DNA of 47,692 nucleotides, taken from assembly GCA_043758715.1 (NCBI GenBank), contig JAYVNA010000141.1:1-47692 (forward strand). The letters are read 5' to 3'. Shown in pieces: positions 26,493-34,195 of the stretch. A program made the translations under genes and the position numbers. The notes under the pieces were generated by a model that saw nothing but the letters and a program-made list of their open reading frames with translations, made no database searches and had not been told where the DNA came from. The stretch's first letter is position 1, and the number at the start of each line of letters is the position of its first letter. The DNA comes from Archangium sp. Lineage in GTDB: Bacteria > Myxococcota > Myxococcia > Myxococcales > Myxococcaceae.

Positions 26493-27443
26493 TCAGACCG
26501 CGGGCACAGCGAGCAATCCAGCGCTGACGCCGGCGAACGTGGCCGCCGCGACGATCAGCCACAGCACGACGCCCAGAATGATCGGCCTGAGGCCCACCGC
26601 CGCCAGCGCCTCGCGCGAAACCCCCGCGCCCACCAGGAACAGCGTGGCCACGAGCACCTGGCGCGCCACCACCGCGACGATCTTCCCCGCGGGCTGCAGC
26701 GCCGGCACCCATGTCACCAGCGCCGCCACGAGAAGAAACCAGAGAATGAACCAGGGCCGCTTCGGTTGCTCGCCCGTCGCCGGAGCCTCTCGCTTCCAGA
26801 AACGCGCGAGCACCAGGGTGGCCGGAATGATCCACAAGGCGCGCGCGAGCTTCACGGTGGTGGCGACGGCGAGAGACTCCGCGCCAAATTGCATCGAGGC
26901 GCCCACTACCGAGCTGGTGTCGTGAATGGCGAGCGCGCTCCACAACCCGAACTGCTGCGGGCTCAGAGAAGAGAGGTGACCCATCGCGGGGAAGGCCACC
27001 AGCGCCACCGCGTTGAGCAGGAACACCACCGCGAGCGCCACGCTGCTCTGGTGTGACTTCGCGCCGATCGCCGGAGCCACTGCCGCGATCGCGCTGCCAC
27101 CACAGATCGCCGTGCCGACCCCGATGAGCAGCGAGGTGGTCGCCTCCGTCTTCAACACCCGCGCGAGCACCAGCGCGAGGGCGAGCGTGAGCGTGAGACT
27201 CAACAGCGTCTGCCCTACCCCCGCGGCGCCCACCCGCAACACCACGCTCAAATTCATCGCCGCGGCGAGGCCCACCACCGAGCCCTGCAGCATCCACGTC
27301 TGCAGCTTCTTGCTCTCGGAGGCGAAGGGGTTGCCCCAGGTCACGGCGAAGATGACTCCGCTCACCAGGGCGATCGGCGCGCTCACCCAGGGCGTGAGCG
27401 ACAGCAGGCCCAGCAGCACGAACACGACTCGCCGGGCGATCAC
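26493..27443 (-). CDS. YeiH / UPF0324 (putative sulfate exporter, PSE family) membrane protein
   Basis: Motifs LIGVGTAICGGSAIAAVAPAIGA and LAIHDTSSVVGA are typical of UPF0324. I prefer GTG 27443, which overlaps the rhodanese stop as GTGA. The N-terminal 171 aa of the track ORF 26493..27956 is a shadow extension. Confidence 0.85.
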   Translation of the reverse strand: MIARRVVFVLLGLLSLTPWVSAPIALVSGVIFAVTWGNPFASESKKLQTWMLQGSVVGLAAAMNLSVVLRVGAAGVGQTLLSLTLTLALALVLARVLKTEATTSLLIGVGTAICGGSAIAAVAPAIGAKSHQSSVALAVVFLLNAVALVAFPAMGHLSSLSPQQFGLWSALAIHDTSSVVGASMQFGAESLAVATTVKLARALWIIPATLVLARFWKREAPATGEQPKRPWFILWFLLVAALVTWVPALQPAGKIVAVVARQVLVATLFLVGAGVSREALAAVGLRPIILGVVLWLIVAAATFAGVSAGLLAVPAV

Positions 27444-27754
27444 CTCCAGTTCGACCTTCCGTCGAGGTCCTCGACCTTCGAGTAGCCCGCCTTGAGCAGA
27501 ATCGTGCGCGCACGCGAACTGCGGCAGCACACGACGATCTCGCGGTTGCGATCGACCGGAAGCGAAGCGAGCGTCGCTTCGAGTTCGTTGAGCGGCACGT
27601 TCACCGCGCCTCGACCGTGACCTTCGGCAAACTCCCCCGGCGAACGCACGTCGAGCAGGAACGATCCCTGACTCACCTTCACGTCCGCCAACACCCCGGT
27701 GATCGTCGGGTGGGCACACGCCGTGAAGAGGAGCAACGACAAGGCGAACTTCAA
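27440..27754 (-). CDS. single-domain rhodanese (PspE/GlpE-like) lipoprotein
   Basis: Rhodanese core LLDVRSPGEFAEGHGRGAVNVPL...EIVVCCRSSRART with an active-site Cys loop. The TTG start at 27754 gives (M)KFALSLLLFTAC, a signal plus lipobox. This TTG overlaps the upstream stop as TTGA. Confidence 0.75.
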   Translation of the reverse strand: MKFALSLLLFTACAHPTITGVLADVKVSQGSFLLDVRSPGEFAEGHGRGAVNVPLNELEATLASLPVDRNREIVVCCRSSRARTILLKAGYSKVEDLDGRSNWR

Positions 27755-29838
27755 GGGCGATCGCTCCGGGTCCCGTTGACGCCCTGAGGTGTCGGCCAGC
27801 CCGTGCGCGAGAGCGGGAGCGAACCCAGATTGTAGCTCTCGAGCACCACCGAGCCATCCGCCCGCCGCACCGTGACCACCAGGGCCGAGGTGGTGAAGTG
27901 CGCCGCTTCCACCGCGCCTGAAATGGCCGGCAACCGGCACACCGCCTTGCGCTCACCGTCGGCGAACAGCGCGGCCACCGTCTGCGCCCCTCCGTCCAGG
28001 TCCGCGCGCATCACCGCGAGAAACGCGCCCGGCCGGGTATCGACCAACGTGGTGCTGAGCATGGTGCCGGGGAACGCGGGGGTGGCGACCGGAACCTCCC
28101 AGAGCAACTCGCCTGAGAAAGGGTTGAACGCCGCCACCCGGGTCACGTCATCGGGCCGGCCACACCCCGCGTCCGCGTCGCAGGTCAGGAAGAACACGTC
28201 GCTCGCAGTCGCCGAGCTGAGGGTCTGGTCATCGAGAAAACGTGAGACGGGCAGCGTGCTCCAGTCGAAGAGCACCAGCCCCGCATCAAGGCCATCGGTC
28301 GAGAGCCGGCCCACCGGCCCGAGGATCGCCTCGTTGCGCACCGCCGAGAGCGCCGTGGTGGTGATGCCGGTGGTGGCCACGTCCTGCCGCTCGAGCCCGC
28401 CATCGTCGACGAACGAGAGCCGGGTGAGCACCCCCGCATCGGCGTTCCACGCGAAGAGCACCTCGCCCCGGGCCATCGAAGCAGGCTCCTCGAGCGCGGC
28501 GATCGACTGCACGCCCCCGTCGGCCCACGACTGCACGCCGCCATCGGACCAGAACAAGATGCGATCGCGCTCGATCACGACCAGTGAACGGGGCGCCTCC
28601 AGCAAGAGCGAATCGCGCAGCGCGCCCGTCATCGTCGAGCGCAGCTCGAGCCCGCCATCGCGCCGCAGCAGCACCCCTTGCGAATTGACGCCCAACACCG
28701 TGCGCGGCGCGTCGCCTTCGTAGTCGCTCGGCTGCCGGCCACCGTCGCGCTCGAATCGTTCGAAGCCGGTGCCGGTGTACGAGGTGAGCCCGCACGTCAG
28801 CTGCGCGCGTGTGCCAGCGTCCAGGCCCGCATCGTCATCACCTGCATCGACCGGCCCCGCGTCGCCTCCGCCCGCATCAAGCGCACCGGGGCCGAGGCAC
28901 ATCGAAAAAAACAACGTCGCGCCCGAAGAGGCGAGCGGGCGCGAGGGCTCACCCTCGAGCCGGGCGGACCAGCTCGGTGCCCATTCCGCCTCGGTGATGC
29001 GCGTGCACGCCTGGTTGTGACACTGCGCTTCCGGCAGACACGCAAACGCGGGTGAACACGGCAGGCCCTCGGGCGTGGGCTGCTTCATGCACATGCCCGA
29101 GAAACAGAAGTTCACCTCGGTGCAGTTGACCGGCCCACATTCGGTCAAATCGGCCGCGGGGCCTTCGCCACAACCCAGGCGCGAATCACAGGTCGCCACC
29201 TTGCACGCACCGGCCGGCCGCGGACACACGTGGGTGGTGTGAATGCAGCCGATGTCCATCGCGCAGGCGTCGTCGGTGCAGACGTCGTTGTCGTCACAGC
29301 GGCGCGCGACACCCAGGCAGGAACCTGAACGGCAGCGGCCCTGCTCGAGGCACACGCTCGCGGGATCGCACGGGGCATCGTCGGCCGCTTGCGACTCGAT
29401 ACAGCGATCTTCCTCGAGGGAATAGACCGACACCACGCACTCGGCGGAAGGCCTACAGTCAGGAGGCCGCACGCCCACGCCGTGCAACCGCAGCTGCGCC
29501 GAACGATCACCGACCGTCAGGGTCAGCAGCCCCTCTGCATCGGTGTCGGTCGCGCGGAAGGACACCGGCACCACCACGTCGCCACCTCCGGGAACCTCGG
29601 CGCTGGTCGCCACCGAGAAGGGCGCGGCGGTGCCCAACGTGACGGTGATGCCCGCGCGCGTGGCCGCGGTGAGGGTGATGGTCTGCGTCTTCGTCGCGCC
29701 TTCGAGCACCCGCCCGAACTCCAGTTCAGAGGGCTGCACGCGCAAACCCAGCTCGATCGGCTCGACCGGCCCCGGCTTGCAACGGCATCCGCCCACCACG
29801 ACGAGCAGCAGCAGCAGCAAGGAGGCGCGGCTCTTCAT
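27751..29838 (-). CDS. lipoprotein: Ig-like N-domain, Cys-rich module, C-terminal beta-propeller-like region
   Basis: Signal plus lipobox MKSRASLLLLLLVVVGGC. An Ig-like segment follows (LEFGRVLEGATKTQTITL...VVVPVSF). Next is a module of about 170 aa with many Cys (CDDNDVCTDDAC etc.). A repetitive beta-rich C-terminal half completes the protein. Confidence 0.8.
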   Translation of the reverse strand: MKSRASLLLLLLVVVGGCRCKPGPVEPIELGLRVQPSELEFGRVLEGATKTQTITLTAATRAGITVTLGTAAPFSVATSAEVPGGGDVVVPVSFRATDTDAEGLLTLTVGDRSAQLRLHGVGVRPPDCRPSAECVVSVYSLEEDRCIESQAADDAPCDPASVCLEQGRCRSGSCLGVARRCDDNDVCTDDACAMDIGCIHTTHVCPRPAGACKVATCDSRLGCGEGPAADLTECGPVNCTEVNFCFSGMCMKQPTPEGLPCSPAFACLPEAQCHNQACTRITEAEWAPSWSARLEGEPSRPLASSGATLFFSMCLGPGALDAGGGDAGPVDAGDDDAGLDAGTRAQLTCGLTSYTGTGFERFERDGGRQPSDYEGDAPRTVLGVNSQGVLLRRDGGLELRSTMTGALRDSLLLEAPRSLVVIERDRILFWSDGGVQSWADGGVQSIAALEEPASMARGEVLFAWNADAGVLTRLSFVDDGGLERQDVATTGITTTALSAVRNEAILGPVGRLSTDGLDAGLVLFDWSTLPVSRFLDDQTLSSATASDVFFLTCDADAGCGRPDDVTRVAAFNPFSGELLWEVPVATPAFPGTMLSTTLVDTRPGAFLAVMRADLDGGAQTVAALFADGERKAVCRLPAISGAVEAAHFTTSALVVTVRRADGSVVLESYNLGSLPLSRTGWPTPQGVNGTRSDRP

Positions 29839-30455
29839 GTGCGCGACTTAGCCTGACGGCGCTGCCAGAGGAACCGGGCCAGCAGCACCGTCACCAGCGC
29901 GCCCACTCCGAAAATGCAGGCCGTCCTGAACGTTCGGAGGAAGGTGGCGATCGCCTCGGCGTTGTCCCCCACCGCCGCGCCCGCCCCCAACAACACCGTG
30001 TTGAAGGTGGCCGCCGAAAGGGTCCCCAGCAGGAGCGTCCGCCCCAACGGCACCTCGGATGCCCCCGCGGCGATGAAGACCACCGCGCGAAAGCTGGGGA
30101 GGAACCGGTTGGTCAACAACAGCCAACCACCGCGTGTGCGCATCAGGGTCTGCGCGCGCCGAATCGTTCCCACCTCGAGCCCGAGAATTCTCGAACCTTC
30201 GGGCGCCAGCCGAATGCGGCCCGAGAGCGCCCGGCCCAGCCGCCACGTGGCCGCCATGCCGATGACGCTGCCCGCAGTCAGCAACAGGAACACCAACGCG
30301 ATCGAATGATTTTCCCGCGCCGCCCAGGCCCCGCCAAGCACCACCACGGTGTCTCCGGGAAACGGAGGAAACACGTACTCGATGAAGGCGGCGACCCCGA
30401 GGCCGGGGTACCCCCACGCCCCCAGCAACTCGATGAACTCCGCGCCCGCAGCCAT
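29835..30455 (-). CDS. DedA family (SNARE-associated / VTT domain) membrane protein
   Basis: MAAGAEFIELLGAWGYPGLGVAAFIEYVFPPFPGDTVVVLGG...LLLTNRFLPSFRAVVFIAAG is a classic DedA pattern. The stop overlaps the downstream ATG as ATGA. The track ORF 29835..31064 is a chimeric read-through into the OMF remnant. Confidence 0.85.
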   Translation of the reverse strand: MAAGAEFIELLGAWGYPGLGVAAFIEYVFPPFPGDTVVVLGGAWAARENHSIALVFLLLTAGSVIGMAATWRLGRALSGRIRLAPEGSRILGLEVGTIRRAQTLMRTRGGWLLLTNRFLPSFRAVVFIAAGASEVPLGRTLLLGTLSAATFNTVLLGAGAAVGDNAEAIATFLRTFRTACIFGVGALVTVLLARFLWQRRQAKSRT

Positions 30456-30475
30456 CAGGCGGTTCTGACAGCACT

Positions 30476-31034
30476 TCAGGGCGCGGGGAAACTCCCGCTG
30501 GACGCCAGCAGCTCGAGCCTCGCCTGGCGTGCCGTGTCCTCCGCGAGCGCGGCCGTCACCACCGCGTCTCGCGCGCGCCGCTCGGCGTCGATCACCTCGA
30601 GGTTGGTGGTCGCGCCCGCGTGGTTTGAGACGTTCGCCAATTCCAACGCCTCGGTCGCGAGCTTGGCCGCCTCGCGCGCGGCCTGCAGCGCGGCATCGGC
30701 GTGCGTGACTTGCTGGAAGGCGGTACCACTGCGCCCAGCGCGGCGTGTTCACCAGCGGCACGCCGATGAGCACGTTGGCCGAGAGCTGGTCTTTGTTCGC
30801 CACCACCAGATCCGCGCGCAGCCGGTCTCCGTCGAGGCGCGTGTAGTTGGCGCCCGCGCTCAACGTGGGCAACCAAGGCGCCCGGGCCTGCTCCACCTGC
30901 GCGAGCACACGGGCAGCGTCTTGCTCGGCGACCCGCATCGCCGGGTTGTGGGTCAGCGCGCGTTGCACCGCGTCTTCGAAGCTCACCGCGGAAGGCGCCG
31001 CGCTCAGCAGCAGCGCCAGCATCGGCTCACTCAT
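30476..31034 (-). pseudogene. remnant of TolC-like outer membrane efflux factor: N-terminal ~100 aa joined out of frame to C-terminal ~85 aa
   Basis: Frame 1 reads MSEPMLALLLSAAPSAVSFEDAVQRALTHNPAMRVAEQDAARVLAQVEQARAPWLPTLSAGANYTR...VNTPRWAQW. A different frame from about 30725 reads TAFQQVTHADAALQAAREAAKLATEALELANVSNHAGATTNLEVIDAERRARDAVVTAALAEDTARQARLELLLASSG, stop at 30476. Together these cover less than half of a normal OMF. Confidence 0.75.
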
Positions 31035-31304
31035 GGGCCACCTCCGCCGGCGCTTCGTCTTCATCTTCGTCGACGGCCCGGTTCGCGAAGCGATCGAGCC
31101 AGGTGTAGAGCACCGGCACGAAGAAGAGGGTGAGGCTCGTCGACACCGCGAGTCCGCCGATCACCGCGCGCGCCAGGGGGAGATTGGTCTCGCTCCCCTC
31201 CCCGATGCCCAGCGCCATGGCAAAGAGGGCCCACCAGGGTGGCGATGGTGGTCATCAGAATCGGCCGCAGCCGGGTGCGCCCCGCTTCCACCGTCGCCTC
31301 GGGC
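31027..31304 (-). pseudogene. remnant of the RND (AcrB/CzcA-type) inner membrane pump: C-terminal ~90 aa only, with an internal frameshift
   Basis: EATVEAGRTRLRPILMTTIATLVG, then a 1-nt shift near 31225, then (F)AMALGIGEGSETNLPLARAVIGGLAVSTSLTLFFVPVLYTWLDRF. This matches the extreme C-terminus of RND pumps. The stop overlaps the OMF start (ATGAGTGA). Confidence 0.7.
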
Positions 31305-31635
31305 GCGGTCGAGGTTCGCCATCGCCAATGCAGAGGCCGCCTGCTCCTGGCCGACAGCTGATCGGTGAGCTCGGAATGCCGCACCAACGCCAGCAGCTGG
31401 CCCTTCTTCACCAGGTCGCCGCGGTCGACCAGCACCGCGTCGAGGTACCCATTGTCTTCGACCCGACGTCCGCTGAGACGATCGGCCGCACGCCGACCGG
31501 CGCACGCACCAGCACGGGCGCGTCCACCATCTCGACCGGAGCGGCCACCACCAACGGCGCCGGGCGCACCTTCGGCCCCGCACCCTTCTCCGGACACCCC
31601 ATCAAGAACACCAGCACCACCGGAAAGAGACGCAT
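31305..31635 (-). pseudogene. remnant of the RND membrane-fusion (HlyD-type) lipoprotein: N-terminal ~110 aa spread over three frames
   Basis: MRLFPVVLVFLMGC (lipobox)...PAPLVVAAPVEMVDAPVLVRAPVGVRPIVSADV, then a frameshift to GYLDAVLVDRGDLVKKGQLLALVRHSELTDQL (lipoyl-like motif), then a frameshift to GQEQAASALAMANLDRAR. It abuts the RND C-terminal fragment directly. Confidence 0.7.
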
Positions 31636-31666
31636 CGCCGCCGAACCTCGCGCCGCCACTGCGACA

Positions 31667-31685
31667 TCATTGTTTTATACAATGA
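31667..31685. promoter_or_regulatory. 19-bp palindrome in an AT-rich island between the efflux-operon remnant and marR: candidate MarR operator / divergent promoter
   Basis: tcattgt-tttat-acaatga has perfect 7-nt arms. It lies in a 92-bp divergent intergenic region that is strikingly AT-rich for this genome. Confidence 0.5.
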
Positions 31686-31727
31686 TTGCTTGCGACACCG
31701 ACATCCACCGCGCGATGCTGGGGACAA

Positions 31728-32156
31728 ATGACCACCGCTTCCCGACGCCTCGATCGCACCGAGCGGCTCGCCCGCGCCGTGGGCCGCCTGCGTCGCACCA
31801 TGACGGCCCGCGCCACCACCGTGATGGAACAGCAGGGCTCGATGTTGGTGCACTGGCAGTTGGTATCTGCGATCGCGCGCGAGGGGCTGCACTCCCAGGT
31901 CGCCCTCGCGACGCGCGTGGGCATGGATCCCGCGGGGACTTCGCGCTCCCTCGACGAGCTCCAGCGCCTGGGCCTGGTGAAGCGCGAACGCGACGGCGAT
32001 GATCGCCGGAGGGTCAGCGTGGCGCTTACCGCCAAGGGCCGCCGTTGGTACGACCGCATGCGCGATCACGTGATGCGTGAGCTCGAGCCCGTCTTTGCGC
32101 CGCTCAGCAACGAGGAAGCGCGCACCCTCGAGGCGTTGCTTTCGCGCCTGGCCTGA
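31728..32156 (+). CDS. MarR family transcriptional regulator
   Basis: Winged-helix pattern: HWQLVSAIAREGLHSQVALATRVGMDPAGTSRSLDELQRLGLVKRERDGDDRRRVSVALTAKG. I prefer ATG 31728 over the track TTG 31686. Confidence 0.85.
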   Translation: MTTASRRLDRTERLARAVGRLRRTMTARATTVMEQQGSMLVHWQLVSAIAREGLHSQVALATRVGMDPAGTSRSLDELQRLGLVKRERDGDDRRRVSVALTAKGRRWYDRMRDHVMRELEPVFAPLSNEEARTLEALLSRLA

Positions 32157-32160
32157 GCCG

Positions 32161-32979
32161 TCACTCGTCGTCGTCGGGGTCCTGCAGCGAAGGGTCGGTG
32201 TAGGCGCTGCCGTGACGGTGGCTGCGCCCCCAGTCCGACAACCTTGGCGCCACGGTGGTGACGAAGAGCCCGAAGACGAGCACGAAGATCAGCAGGTAGG
32301 TGGCGGGCCGTGAAGGCCGGGCCCTCCACGCCATCAGCCGTTCCTTGCGGCGCTGAAAGCCCGGCGCGCTCAGGTATTCCTTCCACGCTTCGTCTCGCAT
32401 CAACGCGGCCGACGAATCGTCGCCCAGCCCCTGCATTGCCTTCGCGAGCAGCACCCGGCCGGTGATCGTGCCCCGGCGCGCCTTCACCAGCGCCTCGAGC
32501 GCCGCCTTGGCACCACCGAAGTCACCGCGCGCCAGCCGCTGCCGGCCGCGCACCAGGTGAATCTCGCCGACTCGAAATTCGGGGTTCAGCTCTTCGGCGT
32601 GCGCCAGCAGCTTCTCGCCTTGGTCGACGTACCCTGCCTGGAGGCACGCCTCGCCCATGGTGAACACGCTCTGAATGTCGTCGACGCCGGTATCGAAGTT
32701 GGGCCGCAGCACCTCGACGGCCTTCTTCCCCTGACCCCGTTCGACGTACAGCTGCGCCAGCTCGAGCCGGGTGCGGCCATCGTGGGGGTTGCCGAGCAAC
32801 GTCCTCTCGAGCTTTCCCTCGCGGCGCCAGCGCATCACCCACCGGAGAGGATCGGGGAGAAACCCCAGGGTGAACCGATCGACCACCAGCCAGAACACGA
32901 TCAGTGCGATCGCCGAGCCGAGCGGACTGCCGGTGATCGCCGACAAGATGATCCACTGGAAATAGCCGCTCATTCCCAC
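32161..32979 (-). CDS. membrane-anchored TPR-repeat protein
   Basis: An N-terminal TM (WIILSAITGSPLGSAIALIVFWLVV), TPR-like helices (LELAQLYVERGQGKKAVEVL, MGEACLQAGYVDQGEKLLAHAEELNP) and a C-terminal TM (YLLIFVLVFGLFVTTV). Confidence 0.75.
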   Translation of the reverse strand: MGMSGYFQWIILSAITGSPLGSAIALIVFWLVVDRFTLGFLPDPLRWVMRWRREGKLERTLLGNPHDGRTRLELAQLYVERGQGKKAVEVLRPNFDTGVDDIQSVFTMGEACLQAGYVDQGEKLLAHAEELNPEFRVGEIHLVRGRQRLARGDFGGAKAALEALVKARRGTITGRVLLAKAMQGLGDDSSAALMRDEAWKEYLSAPGFQRRKERLMAWRARPSRPATYLLIFVLVFGLFVTTVAPRLSDWGRSHRHGSAYTDPSLQDPDDDE

Positions 32980-32989
32980 CCCGCCCTCC

Positions 32990-34192
32990 CTACATCAATC
33001 TGGCTGCGATCGCCGAGTGCACGTCGAAGCCCGCATCGGTCAGCGCCAGCCGGCCCCCTCGCCGCTCGGCCAGCCCGGCGTTCACCAGGTGCTTCACCGT
33101 CAGCGCCCTCGACTCGGCGCTCTGACCAAAGGCCGCGCACACCGCCTCGAGCTCGACGCCGTTCACCAGCCGCAGGCCCATCGCCACCCGCTCTTCGAAC
33201 AACTCGAGGGAGGTGAGCAGCTCGCGGCTCGCTTCGGGAATGCGCCCGGCCTCGACTTCCACCAGGTACTTCTCGGCGCTGCGCTGGTTCGAGTACCGCA
33301 ACGGCTGCGCTCCGTTCACGAAGCCCGTGGCCCCGGTGCCCACCGCGAGGTACTCGCCGCCGGTCCAGTACAGCGCGTTGTGCCGCGAGTGAAAGCCGGG
33401 CTTGGCGTAGTTCGAGATCTCGTAGCGCTGCAGCCCCGCCGCCCCGAAGACGTCGCGCACCACCCGCTGCATTCGCACCACCGTCTCGTCGGGGGGCAGC
33501 TCGACTTCGCCGCGCGCCAGTTGCCTGGCCAGGGGCACTTCTTCGGCCAGCGACGCCTTGTCGAGCGTGAGCGCGTACGCCGACAGGTGCTCGGAACCCA
33601 GGGCCACCGCCGCGCGCGCGTCCGACTCCACCTGCGCTTCCGTCTGGCCGTGCACGCCGTAGATGAAGTCCATCGAGACGTTGTCGAAGCCCGCGGTTCT
33701 CGCCGCCGCGAAGGCGCGCTGCGCGGTGGGGCCATCGTGCGCGCGCCCCAGGGTCGTCAGCGTGCTCGCCTCGAAGCTCTGCACCCCCATCGAGAGCCGG
33801 TTCACGCCCGCGGCCCGGTAGTCCACGAAGCGTTCGGCGTCGGAAGCACCGGGGTTGGCCTCGAGCGTCACCTCGCACCCGGCCGCCACGTGCAGCTTGG
33901 CGGAGATCGCCTCGAGCACCGAAGCCACCGAGCGCGGAGCCCACAACGAGGGGGTGCCGCCGCCGATGAAGATCGAAGTCACCTCGCGCCCCGCGAGCTG
34001 CTGCGTCTCGAGCCGCTGCGAGAACTCGCTCAAGATCGCGCGGGTGTACCGCTCATCGGGAATCGTCTTCGCCGCGGTGCTCGCGAAGTCGCAGTACGGG
34101 CACTTCGAGAGGCAGTAGGGAAAGTGCACGTACACGCCGAAGCGCGCGGCCTCGAGCCCGGTATGCACGTCGACCGGCGCCCGGGGAGCCAC
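32990..34192 (-). CDS. hemW: radical SAM HemN-family protein, heme chaperone HemW type
   Basis: VYVHFPYCLSKCPYCDF (CxxxCxxC), IFIGGGTPS, and a HemN_C-like tail. At about 400 aa its size is typical of HemW rather than HemN. Confidence 0.85.
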   Translation of the reverse strand: MAPRAPVDVHTGLEAARFGVYVHFPYCLSKCPYCDFASTAAKTIPDERYTRAILSEFSQRLETQQLAGREVTSIFIGGGTPSLWAPRSVASVLEAISAKLHVAAGCEVTLEANPGASDAERFVDYRAAGVNRLSMGVQSFEASTLTTLGRAHDGPTAQRAFAAARTAGFDNVSMDFIYGVHGQTEAQVESDARAAVALGSEHLSAYALTLDKASLAEEVPLARQLARGEVELPPDETVVRMQRVVRDVFGAAGLQRYEISNYAKPGFHSRHNALYWTGGEYLAVGTGATGFVNGAQPLRYSNQRSAEKYLVEVEAGRIPEASRELLTSLELFEERVAMGLRLVNGVELEAVCAAFGQSAESRALTVKHLVNAGLAERRGGRLALTDAGFDVHSAIAARLM

Positions 34193-34195
34193 GAT

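Noticed and set aside
27444-27956. N-terminal 171 aa of track ORF 26493..27956, and the first 62 aa of 27440..27940
   Set aside because: These extensions overlap the upstream genes in other frames and are Arg/Gly/Trp-rich with no family signal. Internal GTG (27443) and TTG (27754) starts give canonical protein N-termini and classic 4-nt stop/start overlaps.
29835-31064. 409-aa ORF in the track that looks like one long gene
   Set aside because: It is a chimera. Its N-terminal ~100 aa are a TolC-like fragment, the middle is Arg/Gly-rich out-of-frame read-through, and the last 206 aa are a complete DedA protein with its own ATG at 30455.
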